A DNA stretch of 64,000 nt from Trichosphaerium sp. ATCC 40318. Taxonomy: Eukaryota; Protista; Tubulinea. Below the pieces are notes generated by a model. The model was not told the origin of the DNA. It searched no databases and saw nothing but the letters and a program-made list of their open reading frames with translations. This document shows positions 11,633 to 23,690 of this stretch, in pieces; within the stretch, counting starts at the first letter, position 1; each line of letters starts with the position of its first letter. The position numbers and the translations under genes are program-made. The stretch is taken from contig JALMLS010000035.1 of NCBI GenBank assembly GCA_038496445.1, forward strand, positions 1-64,000, given 5' to 3'.

Positions 11633-12913
11633 TCAGTTACTTTTTGCCAATACTATTCCTTTCTCGTCGAGTGCTTCCTGTACACTGTTACCTTTAAACA
11701 CAATAAGATTAGGACAAGCTTTCGCAATATTTCTTAATCCTTGTGGTGTCTTTCCAGATAAATACCCCACATCAAGATACTTCATTGTAGGACAAGATAT
11801 ACCTTCAAGCTTCATACCAGTAAATGTAGCATTACATAAGCTTGCAATTTCCATACGTTCTAAAGGTAACTGAAACAATAGTCTAAAAGCATCATCTCCT
11901 CCACTTTGATCAATATGTATATACTTCAGCTTCTTGCAATGAGTGAATAAAGCTTGTGCGAACTCCCTCTCAAGTGTACCCATCTCTAAACCACGTACAT
12001 TACAAGAATAAGGTAGTTTAATAAAAGGGATAGACTCAAGATTTGGCATACGAGGAAGAAACCAAGAAGCAACAACATCCTGGTTTGTTGGCCTTTTTGA
12101 GAGATTACTAGGGCATCGGAGGCTAAAAACTCGCAAGTTATGGAATACAGGACAAGAACTCAAAGGTTCAGCTTTCTCTGTATTTGTAAAAAGAGGTTGG
12201 TGCCCTCTCCACTGTTTTGAGTTTCCGTTGTTTCGCCACGCAACATGTAAAATCTCTAGACCTTTCGCCATTTTTAGTATACATTTAAAAAAGGGGAAAG
12301 CATTTCCACAGCCTTGTATGTTCGCCTTTGTTAATTCAGTCAGAGGTGATTGCTTTAATACACTTTCTAGTTTCAGTATTTGGTTTGGTGTATGATTTAC
12401 GACTGTTAGGATCTCGACAGAACGAGAAATTTTATCAAAAAGTTTCGATAACAAATTTCTCTGTTCTTCCAATACAAATCCACATGCAAGCACTAGACCT
12501 ACAATCTTTGAGCTCTTGGGAATACTATCTAAGGCTTCTAGGACATCCTTTGCTCTTCCTGAGTCCATTGTTAAGGAAATTGATCTATCAGTGTATTTAC
12601 TGAGCGAGTCTAACTGCAACGGCTGCATCTCGTTTTTAAATTCCAATTGGAATAGCGGTTTGACTTTCAAATTGTCTCGCCATGTCTTAGATACGCGACA
12701 TCCTACAGCTCGGGTGGCTAGGGATAGGTACGGTTGTAGTAGGAAGACTGCAAGTGGTTGTGAAAAGCAAGACTCTCTAAAATTAGCTAGTTAATATTCC
12801 GTCTACGTTTTATACGCGTTTTTCGCGTTAAAAAGCGTTTTAGTGACAATTGTGTAGGATGGTGTATTGTTAGGATCAAAGTGCGACAGTGCTTACGTTT
12901 CAGTGCTTGTCAT
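11633..12913 (-). CDS. F-box-like/LRR (RNI-like) protein
   Basis: Sequence upstream of the ORF reads LQPYLSLATRAVGCRVSKTWR (F-box-like). The 345-aa ORF has LRR-like units (CKKLKYIHI, CPTMKYLDV, CPNLIVF). Start codon uncertain. Confidence 0.6.
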
Positions 12914-13858
12914 CGATAACGCGTTCTTGTATGTCTGTGTAGTGTTTTACGGTCAAAATAAATGAATTTGGCAAGAAAAAAGCGGAATTTCGCAAAGTTA
13001 AGCCACAAGATTCGCTTTGACATCAATTAGGTACCTGCACGCTTATTTTTGTATCTGGGAGCCTTTTACGCGATGCTTAAGATATACCAATCCAATGGCG
13101 TTAACTTTATGGCAAAATACGCTGTAAGCGAATGCCACAAGAACGTAAGAAGGCAGTGCGTGTTTTGAGCCTTGGAAGCGGAAACACAGCGAATGACGTG
13201 CTCTTGCTGACGAAGCCAAAACCTACAACTGAAAAGCATGGGTCTCTCGTCCTGGTGACAGCCAAAAAACATACACCTGATTCTCTGACCGAGATTCAAG
13301 CACAGCATGACGACCCTTTAGTTTGTCGTGTTGGTAGTTATCTCATTCCAATTGTTATTTGGCTTAATCTCAACCGTTTATTCTATGTCACTCTCAAAGT
13401 ACCAACGCTCTAAAATAACTTAATATATTTTTCATCCTAAAAAGTGTTGATTACGCAGTGACACGTGATTTAGATAGATAAAATCAGTTTGTGTTGGATG
13501 TACTTTCTCATGTAAAGATTCGTGTTGTTCACGATGTTTCTCGGTGAGATTTCAAAGAAAAAAACAACTCGTTGATGTACTGGCTTCTTGTTACGTTCCT
13601 AGTACGCAGTAGAAGCTGTGATTAACAGTCAAAGCGTTAATACGGGCTTAAAGCAAAAATAATAGCTTGATGACGCTCTTGTAGGCATTGCCACTAGATA
13701 GCACTAAAACCGCGAAAATAGTGCACGTGTAGTAAAGTGTGTATCGAGAAAATAAAACCAAATTGTTGTCATCATTGTTTTCACTGACTTGAAAAAAAAT
13801 CATAATCAACAACCAACACACAATACAACAACAACTTGCCACAAGCAACAACATAACA

Positions 13859-14852
13859 ATGTCAAAACAAAGAACAACAACTGGAAACAAAAACAAGACA
13901 ACAAAACGTGTCACTCAAAAGAAGAAACCAGCAAAGGCACCACCAACAGAGAAACAACTTCGAATGAGAGAACAAGCCAAACAACGTAAACAAGAAATGC
14001 TTCAAAAGAAAGCTCATGGAGAGAAAGTGTACGTTTTTGATCTTCAAGCATTGGTTACTAACTCTTCGTGATAGTACAAAGAAGCCTTCAGTTAAACCCG
14101 CAACTGTTGGAGGAGGTGTTGGAGGCACATTCATGAAGTCATTGCGTATGTTCTCGTATTCAGTGTGTTGAAATTTAATCTAACAGTTTATGATAGCAAA
14201 ACCTTGTGGTGTTGCCGGATTGGGTCCATGTGTCGGAATCATCAGCCCAAATCCAAATGGTACAAACTATTGTGCTCATATCAGTGACTCTTGTTCAATG
14301 AAGACATGGTGGACAACATACGACAAGGTTCAAAAAGCAGTCAGAACTGCATGGATCGAAGAAAAAATCAAATCTGGTTTAGGTATGTTACTGTTTGCTT
14401 TGTACTATTTGATCGTGATGTATGACTCACCCTCTTGTCTAGGTAATCATCCGATCAGCAAAAGAACGTTCTACGTCATGACAGGAATGCCAAAAGCCAA
14501 TGCAACACTTGCAGCTGTACTTGAGGTGTTGAAAGGCGCTCACAAAGTGATCAACAAAACAGGATCTCAAGGATTTAAAAGTGGATTCTACTTGGATTCA
14601 AAAGGTTCTATTCATCCTCTTGTTGAGCCTGATGCACTTTGGGCATGTGGTTGGGGTAAAGACACAAAACAAGCACAACGATATAAGAAGATGCCAAATA
14701 ACAAGATAAATGGGGATGGTGTATTCGAAGTACCTGATATGAAAAAGTTTGACAAAGTTGTTGAACAAGTACGTAAAGCAAAGAAGGGTTTGGTTAGTAA
14801 AGATGATCCAGCCCTCAAAAAATTCAAACCAGTATTGGCTAAAGTACATTGA
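13859..14852 (+). CDS. CheD/CNF1-like putative deamidase, copy 3 (4 exons)
   Basis: Near-identical protein and the same intron positions as copies 1 and 2. Confidence 0.7.
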
Positions 14853-15575
14853 ACACATAATCATTGTACATCATAATGTTGGCGGACTTGTAAATACAAA
14901 ACCAGAATAAAAACGGAATTAAAGTTGAAAAAAAGCTGTTGTATTTTCTTCAATTGATACAGGTACTATACATGCAAGTTTCTCAGCGTTGCCCATTTAC
15001 TTATATAGTACATTTATTGGACCAAATAGAAGGACTGACCCCTAACGTTCTTTGGATGGCACCCACAATATTATCGACAAAAAAAAAACCCTATGACTTT
15101 TATGTTTTGCTACAAGATCTGTAATACGTACAAAACAAAGCGCTTCGTCAATTGGGATGCAGAGGATAACTGCTAATAACGGTAGACACTATTCAAATAC
15201 ACAGCACCATTTCTTTGTGATTTAGCTCAAAATAGCGACACTGGTTCCATTTTTTAGACAGAGACGGTTTATTTTATCTCTGTGGTATCATTGTATTTTC
15301 ATGTACAACAAACAGCAAAAAAGGGTTGAGATTTTGGGGTTAAAAGTGGTCCAAAAGCGAAAAAAAAAGGAAATCTCAAAGAGGTTGCTTTTTTTTTTAT
15401 TGGTTTTAGACTACTGTACCAACTACCAACTCCATCGCCTATACAAAGTCATAAGATTATTGTCTACATAGTAATACTAACAATGCAACTATTTTAAAAC
15501 GAAGTTGGGAACCCAAAAAAAACCGAAGAAATTTGGCAAAAAATTAAAACCACAATATTTTAGTTGAGTTTGTGA

Positions 15576-16407
15576 TTAAACAAAATTGTAATCATACTCA
15601 TTAATCCTTGTAGTTTCCGGCTCTTCGCTAAGAGCTGCGGAAACACTAATTTTTTCCATTGCAGTCTGTCGCCTATGGCGGCTTTCTGCTTCAAAAACAA
15701 AAGAAAAAAAAAAGCATAAAAGTTTGGTTGTTACCTCTTTTACAGCTACACCAGCGAGCCAATCAGACTCCGTTGTTGGTAATATGCCAAATTTCGATAG
15801 TTTCCATATGCCTATAGCAACGCCGACCAAGTTGAGGAGTATATAAAGGCATTTTGGTGCAATAAGTTTAATGCTGTTCGTGGCTGTCTCGTATGGTTTA
15901 AATGCTGACATAATGCGTTAATTTACGCGTATAGCTTAACATAGTGAAACGTACCAGCTGCAAAAGCAAAAATTGCGTTTATAGGATTCATGAGTGTGTA
16001 AAATACGATACTGATCGAAATGAGATGAGGAGAAGCAGGTGTCATAAAAGACATGAGCCCTACGTGGTGTGAGAAATCATTCTCTCTTTAAAAACGCATA
16101 CCAATCATAAAAATGGTTCTGAATGGTGATTTGGCTACTTCCCATGCCCGCTAAAGTAGTTTGTAAACAAATTTTATTCTATTTTGCCGTACGCGTTCGC
16201 GTGTAGCCTCAAGGTCTTGTGGACGCCTATTAGCCTTTGTGGCAGCTCTTTTGCCTGTATACAGTCACATAAATTTTGAACACGCTGAATAACACAAATT
16301 TACGCATTGTACTAACCTCGCTCCTTTGTCAAACCGAATGGCGCAGGTAATGGTATTGGAGAACCTTCCAACTGAATATGCCATCTATTTGTTGCACCAG
16401 CAGCCAT
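15576..16407 (-). CDS. EMC4: ER membrane protein complex subunit 4
   Basis: RAWEVAKSPFRTIFMIG...FYTLMNPINAIF...IWKLSKFGILPTTESDWL. Confidence 0.85.
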
Positions 16408-16589
16408 GGTGATATCTTACAGCCTTTCTGTGATGACTGTTGACTTTTCGCAATCAAAGTGACTCAACATAAACTTTAAATAATGATGCGCTACAAGCTA
16501 CGCCACAATTGGCAAAATTGAATTTAATTCATTCCCTACACTAACTACAGTAATGTTTGAAGATGAGATTTGGTTAACGTGTTTTTGAT

Positions 16590-17674
16590 TTACGAAGGCG
16601 TTACTGGTGTAACTGGTGCTACAGGTGAAATTGGCGATGTGGGCTCGACTGGTGCGTCGTGATGGTGACTGCGACAGTTCGCAAAGGTTAGTCCGCATCC
16701 TATCCATACAACGACGAATAATAGGACCTAATAGCGTAAGAAAGGAATAGAAGTGATGTAAAACAAAGAATACGTACTACCAAAAGTACACCAAGTACAA
16801 TCCAAAGTTTGACGTTCTTCCACCACATTACCTTGCGTAATGTTGTAGAGCTTCTACGGAAATCCATTGATGCATTACTGAGATCAGCTGTACGTTCCTA
16901 AGCAAAAAATGAGCCTTTAGACAAAAAACTAGAGTCAAAATGTCAAGAAAAAAAAAATTAAAGTTGACTCGTTTTGTACCTCTATAGTGTCTAGCGCTTC
17001 TCCACGTTCCATGACTTTATCTATGTTGTCAATCATAACACCTTTAACATCATCAAGCTTTGATTTGACGCGTGTCACCTGTAAAGAATTAGTTCAATTC
17101 CAAAAGAAAAAAAAAAGGATAATGATTGTTCTTTTTTAGCATGTTGACGCACCCGATCTACTTTATGTGGATCAGAATACGTTTCCATGAGCTCTTTGAA
17201 TTGAGACGTAAACTTTGTAGACGATTGATTCGAGTATACGCTCTCAATTTTCTTTAAAAAGTCGAATGATACTCGCGCTAGGAAGTCCTTGTCCGTTACG
17301 CACAAGAAAGTGAGGTTGCCGTTATTTAGATAATTGTATGTGTGTCTGTACAGATTTTAATTGAAAAGTAGCGGGCATGTTGTATTTATGTTCTACACTA
17401 CTTTGCGTGGCGTAGGAAACACTAATTGCGTTTTCACACGACCCAAAAAAAGAGGAAGTGTCGCATTTAGCCATCCATTGCTGTGGCGAATAGCTGTATA
17501 CATAAAGGAGAAATATGTTACGTAAAAAACGTACCCTCCATGCAAATAAGACTTTCTATCCTTTTTTTGTACTTTGACAAGGATCTGGCTTACCAGCGTA
17601 TTAAATTTGGCTACATCACCAGACTCAACCAGTACATTGCTACCAGAAGCTACTACCGCATACAATATTGGCAT
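16590..17674 (-). CDS. VAMP7: Longin R-SNARE (VAMP7/synaptobrevin-like)
   Basis: MPILYAVVASG longin start; LDDVKGVMIDNIDKVMERGEALD R-SNARE core; WWKNVKLWIVLG TM segment. Confidence 0.9.
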
Positions 17675-17880
17675 TTCGCTGCGAAGGACAACCGCTTACA
17701 GCCCACAGTTCACTTTTTACAAAAGCTGTCGAAATTTCTAAACCACTTGAGTACATGTTGGCCTACTTGTAACAGTCACTATATTTTAGTTGTAGATGGA
17801 GGTATAAAACAGTTAAAAGCGATAAAACCATAACTTAATTGTTGTTATAACAAAACCTTTCAGCCCACTTTGCAATAACA

Positions 17881-19695
17881 ATGCAATCAAAGGTGTTTTA
17901 CGCCCTTGTCGTTAGCCTGTGCGTTATAGCTTGCACTAACGCTGATACCACGTCTAAAATACGCAAAATAATAACCGGCTTCGGCTATGTACGTCAGTTG
18001 CACTACCTTCCACACGAACAAGCTTCTTACTTTTCCAACAGCCTTACGAAGAGTATTACACAACGACGCACGATGGCTATGTACTAACGCTCATTGTAAG
18101 TACAGTGTTAGAGATCAAGCATTAATATGTTTGTAGCGCATTCCACACTCTAGAAACTCTACAAAATCGCCAAAAGGAGCGCTTTTCTTTCAACACGGCC
18201 TAGCGGATTGCGCGTACGTTAGTTTGAAATTCCAGTTTGTTAGTAACCGAAATTAATAGCGTCGGTGCTGTTTTAAATCCTCCAGGAAGGGGCCTAGCGT
18301 TTTATTTCTCTGATGCTGGTTATGACGTATGGTATGTGCACTAGCACCCAAGTGAAACCTTATTGATTTCACAGGCTTGGCAACAACAGAGGAAATGGAG
18401 TGTCTATGAGAAACGTATTTTATGAGCCAACAGATTCACAGTTTTGGGATTTTACGTGCGTCTCTTCTTTTATCTAGTCATGTGTAATCTTAAAAACACC
18501 TTAGATGGGATGACATGGCCGCATACGATGTACCTGCACAACTTAAAAGAGTGATACATATCACAAAACAAAAGAAAATACCTTACATTGGTCACTCACA
18601 GGTGAGATCAAGAAGTCCAATGACAAGCACAATGTGGTCGATTTCTTATTGTTTTGTTTTAAAGGGAACAACACAAGCTTTTGCAGGTTTTTTGAACCCT
18701 GACACTGCTGCTTTGGTATCAAAGTTTGTAGCACTTGCTCCAGTAGCTCATACTTATCATGTTGATCTTATTCTTCTCCGTTTATTAGCAGACTTGAGTT
18801 TGGGCGAACTGTTGGATATACTAGGGTAAGTACAAGATTCACTCGTTCTTTTACATATCACGTGATTACTTACTCTCATTGCCACTAGCACACATGAGCT
18901 TAAGCTTCCAGAACTAATACATTTGCTACTTCCTGATGTTTGTGAGAAATCTTCAAGGTACGTGTTCTTCAAATCAAATAGTTTGTGCTACACCAGTTGT
19001 CCGTCGCTAATGTTCGTTCTTTTCAAGCGCTTGCAATTTTGGATTTGAGATCTTGACTGGTACTTTTACATTTAAGAATCAGAGTGAAGTCCCACACTAT
19101 CTCAAGTATGAGCCAAACCCTACAAGTATTAAAAACATGATACACTGGTACGTCACCACAACAAATGCCAGAACCACCCACTTGCAGTCAAGAAGTGCCT
19201 TGTTATGTAGTCATATGTAGTATTCTTGCCCGCAAAGTTGGGTTGATTATTGTACTGTGATACTTATAGCAAAGCTGCAATTAGGTCTCAGCAATTAAAG
19301 AAGAACGCATTCCAAAAGTTTGACTATGGTAGAGATGGCAATATCAAACATTATCATCAAGAAACGCCACCAATATATGATTTATCAAAGTGGCCTATCG
19401 ATCTACCTACTGCTCTATTTACTGGTACACTTGATGGACTATCTGATCCAGCAGATGTCTTGGAATTACTAGACGTATTACCTGGCCTTCCCTTTATTCA
19501 CAACGAGCTGGTAAGTCATCTTGATATCTGTAAACCAGTTGCAAGCAACAGTTTTTTTTGAAAAGATTCTAAAAACTTGTTTTATAGGAGTACGGTCACT
19601 TGGATTTTATTTGGGGAACAAATGAGCATATTAGAATATTCCCTCTTATTGATAAGTTCTTACAGAGCAAAAACTCTGAAATTAGCATTGAATAA
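17881..19695 (+). CDS. Acid/lysosomal lipase (alpha/beta hydrolase, LIPA-like)
   Basis: Signal peptide; FLQHGLAD; GYDVWLGNNRGN; YIGHSQG nucleophile elbow; FQKFDYG; YGHLDFIWG. Confidence 0.9.
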
Positions 19696-19899
19696 TAAAC
19701 CTGCAAGTCATTGCAAAATGGCATTCATCAAAAAAAAAACCAGCTAACGTTGTTCACAGTTTTATGCGACGAAAAATGATGTTCATGTTGCGTCCCGATC
19801 ATGACACATATCTTTCTCGATTCCTTTGTATGATTTTCTGTAGCTAAACAACCTGTTGCAGAAAAAACACGTGATTTCCAAATTTTGAACATCATTTTA

Positions 19900-21698
19900 G
19901 ATTTGTGTAACCAACAATATAATTGCAACAAATGGAGCCTCAAGACTCTTTTTTCAGTAGATGGGTTGACGGAGAAGCTTGTGACGTTTGTACAAAAGAA
20001 ATAACGCAAAAATGCCGCTGTTGTGTCCTAGCCACAGACCAAGGTACATAAATTGCAAAATACGCTGTTTAATGTGAATGCCTGGGCTTAGGACTATTAA
20101 AGAAAGCAAAAAAAGCTGAACGCTCTAAATTCACCTTACCATGGCATAAACGGCGCATGACAGTGCATCACGCATGTTGGGAGGACTTTTGTATTAAAAA
20201 GAAAGGACGCTTTGAAATGAGGCTTCAGAGGAGTGCACTTAACACTGTAGAGTATTTTGACGGTATAGACAAATGGCGGGAGAAAGTACGTTTCTTTTTT
20301 AGGCAGTTGAAACCAACTTTTGGTTAACCTTTACTTTTCTAACTTTCTCTGGTAGGTACAGCGTACCGCTGACCTTATACTAAATTCTAAGCATCTTGTA
20401 TTCTTGACAGGCGCTGGTATGAGTGTATCTGCTGGTATTAGTACATACAGGCACGTGTACAACAGCTTGATTTGCGTTGTTCTTTTGGGTTTTTTTGGAA
20501 ACATTATTCAATGAACTGACAGCAATATTTAGAGGTACTACTGGTATAGACACACAAAAAGAGTTGGAACAATCTCAGTCAGAGGTATGTAGTACATATT
20601 GCGTTGTTCAATTAATTTTTGAAGCACCTGAAGTAAGAACTTACGTTTTCTTTGTTGCAATTAATAGGAAGAAGAAAAAGATGTTGAATATGAAAAATTA
20701 CGTCCTACACCATCTCATAAAGCTATAGTCAAACTAGAGAAACTTGGTTATGCAAAATACATTGTCTCGCAGAACTGTGACGTATGTAAATGTCAAACTC
20801 TGTCTGTTTTTTATCAATACCACTTGGTTGGTTTTTTTCTCATTTCTTACTCCTCAGGACTTGCATTTGAAGGCTGGAACAAGTAAGAAAAGATTAACTG
20901 AGATACATGGAAATGTATTCATTGAGTATTGCGAGAAATGTAAAGCAGAGTACAGAAGAGGTAAGGGAGGTCATAAAATGGCTGTTTTTACCATTTAACT
21001 TGGAATAACTTTAAGACACCATTGAAGCACGTGACATGTTTTATTTATATTTTGTAATAGATTTTTGTGTTGATCTATGGAGTACGAATTGTTATAGGGA
21101 ATCTTGGTATATTAAGTGTAAAACGTGTGGATTAAATCACTACACAAGTAGAATATGTGAAAAAAAATTCATATCAGAAGTAAAGCAAAAGACGTACGTA
21201 TCCAACAATTATACCTCTCACTTTTTTATTGTTAATATAATACACATGTAGTGGAAGCCGTACACGGAAAAAAAAAGTACCTTGTGGAGGGAAACTACGA
21301 GACACAATCGTAAACTTTGGTAATACGCCGACTTAGTTTTTTTTTTTTTGAAGATTAAGGATAGTATTCGAGTTTAACTTAGCTTAGGCGACATGCTTCA
21401 TCTTGATGGCGTTTGTGGCGGATACAACCGTGCTCTTGAAGAAAACGAGAAGGCCGATTTAGCTATATGCTTAGGGAGTAGTTTACTTGTCCCACCAGCT
21501 TGTGAGCTACCTACGCATGCTGGTATGTTTTTTGTTAATGGCTTCAAGTATGTTGAATTCATGTTATTATCTTTAGATTGTATGGTGATATGTAATCTTC
21601 AATCAACCCCTTTTGATGATAGTGCTAATGTTAGACTATTTGGTACTTGTGATGAGTTTATGCAGGCAGTACTACACATAGTTGAAAGTCAACAGTAA
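19900..21698 (+). CDS. NAD-dependent deacylase, sirtuin class IV (SIRT6/7-like), with an N-terminal Cys/His motif
   Basis: FLTGAGMSVSAGISTYRG; SQNCDDLH; EIHGNVFIEYCEKC; LRDTIVNFG; CLGSSLLVPPACELP; ICNLQSTPFD. Start uncertain. Confidence 0.85.
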
Positions 21699-22052
21699 TT
21701 TTGATGTAAAAAAGAAATAAAAACGATCTAACTATTTGGCACTGTCTTGGGAGGCCAATCCGAATTTGTGTACAGCCAAAGTCTTGTGGCTGGAACCTGC
21801 TTAACTGAACAATACTTGGTTCTAGCCTCCAGGCTTATCTATCTTGCCTTATCAACTGCTCTTACCATCTGCATACTGTCATATAAGTCGTACCAACAGG
21901 CTTATGTAGACATCTAAGCTGTATACAAAGACGTTTTACAATTTTAGAATCAACACTTCCTAAGTTACCATAAAGACAAAGAGAGTACACATGATTACTG
22001 CTGTGTTGGCAAGTTAAAACGGAAACACTGAAATAACAAAATTGTCACCAAT

Positions 22053-23436
22053 TTATTGAGGTACAGTGATCAACCCAACATCAATCATTCCTGTAACCAT
22101 GTCAACCATAGTTTCGGGGTATGGCTTGAACACGATACCGAGTTCCTTTTGTGCCTTTGTGTTATCACTTGAAGGATTGACAAGTACAGTTTCTTCAAGT
22201 TCAACAGTTGGAAGAGGAAACTGTGGATATACTTTTCGAATGGCTTCAGAGATTTGGAATAAAGATATTTGTGATGTATTGCTCAATATGTATCTACCTT
22301 TGGCTTTCTCTACTTCCATACCCTTAATATGAGCCTCGCTTACATTTCTAACATCAACCATATCGGGTCTACGACTGGGACAACCTTAAAAGAATAAACA
22401 ATTAGGACATAGTAAAAACCAAAACTAGTCTTACCATCTTTGTATGTCCCACTGAGGAGTGTGATGATATAGTCGACAGATACTCCTCTTCTCTTAAGGA
22501 GCGGAGGACCCATAACTTTTAAATAAGATCAGTATTATTGATTGTAATGATACACGTACCAAAGCCTGGATTAATACATACCAGTTCTAGTGTTGGATTT
22601 ACTTTTACAAAGTCCCAAGCAGCTTGTAAAGCATAAGTTAAAAGCACTTGTGTTATGAAGTTGTTACCTTGTTCGGCTTTTGTTTTAGAATACGCATAAG
22701 CGTCGTGTCCAAATACATCCGGAGATGTTGCTTCATCATTCCAGTCATCCTCAGTCCACACGTGTTTTGGATCTTTTGTTCTAACGGTTCTTTTTAGCAC
22801 GTGCTATTTTTTTTGTTCTCATTGTTTTCTTGTACCTTTGTGTACCACGAATCGAAGCGATTGACGATGTCAGCACTACACGCTTTACATTCGCTTTTAG
22901 GGCTGCCTTTAGAACATTGACAGAACCATCAACAGCAGGCTTAATGCACTAAATTTTGAATGTCAAAAAAAACCATCAAAGTTAAACTTGTTGTACCTCA
23001 TCTCCTTTACCGTTTTCTGGGAAAAAGAATGGTGAAGCCATATGTACAACATATTTGCATCCATCAAAAGCCTTGTCAAAGCTTCCCTGTACGTTTTGGT
23101 CAACATATTTAATTAAGAACTTCAACTAGAAATTTGCATTTGATTTTAAAAGTGCGTACTTCTTCCATTAAATCGGCTTCAAATAGCTCCAAATCCTTAC
23201 CCATAGCCTTAAGAGGATCTACTATATCCTTTCTAGCGAGAGAACGGACTGTACCGCGAACCTATGACAAGTTAGAACTAAAACTGATTTAAACGCAACA
23301 GCAATATCTTTCAGTAATTCTTTGAAGGTGTGATGTTATTTCTCACCTTGTAAGTTCCTTTCTTCAACAGATCGTTAACGACATGAGCGGCAATAAAGCC
23401 ACCAGCACCTGTGACACATACAATCGCTTTACTCAT
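22053..23436 (-). CDS. NAD(P)-dependent epimerase/dehydratase, cinnamoyl-CoA reductase/DFR-like
   Basis: VCVTGAGGFIAAHVV; VHMASPF; VVLTSSIASI; YAYSKTKAE; VDVRNVSEAHI. Confidence 0.9.
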
Positions 23437-23690
23437 CTTAGTGTTATTGTTGCTTTGTTTATTGGGGGTATTTGACAATAGTTGATTTCGTTCTTCACGA
23501 ATTCGTATTTCTCCGCGGCATCTTAAAATAGTAAGAATTCGTCATTGACGTATTCTTAATGATGTTGATTGCTTCCGCGATAATGAATTAAATGAATGTA
23601 ATCTGTACTGGTACTTATAAGAGCAATTACATGCGAAGTCAAGCATGACATTTGGTGTTTTATTTTTTTTTTATATAGTTGAAAGAGGTC

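Noticed and set aside
13132-13413. 93-aa ORF between the F-box gene and copy 3
   Set aside because: No recognisable motif and no convincing exon chain; left uncalled.
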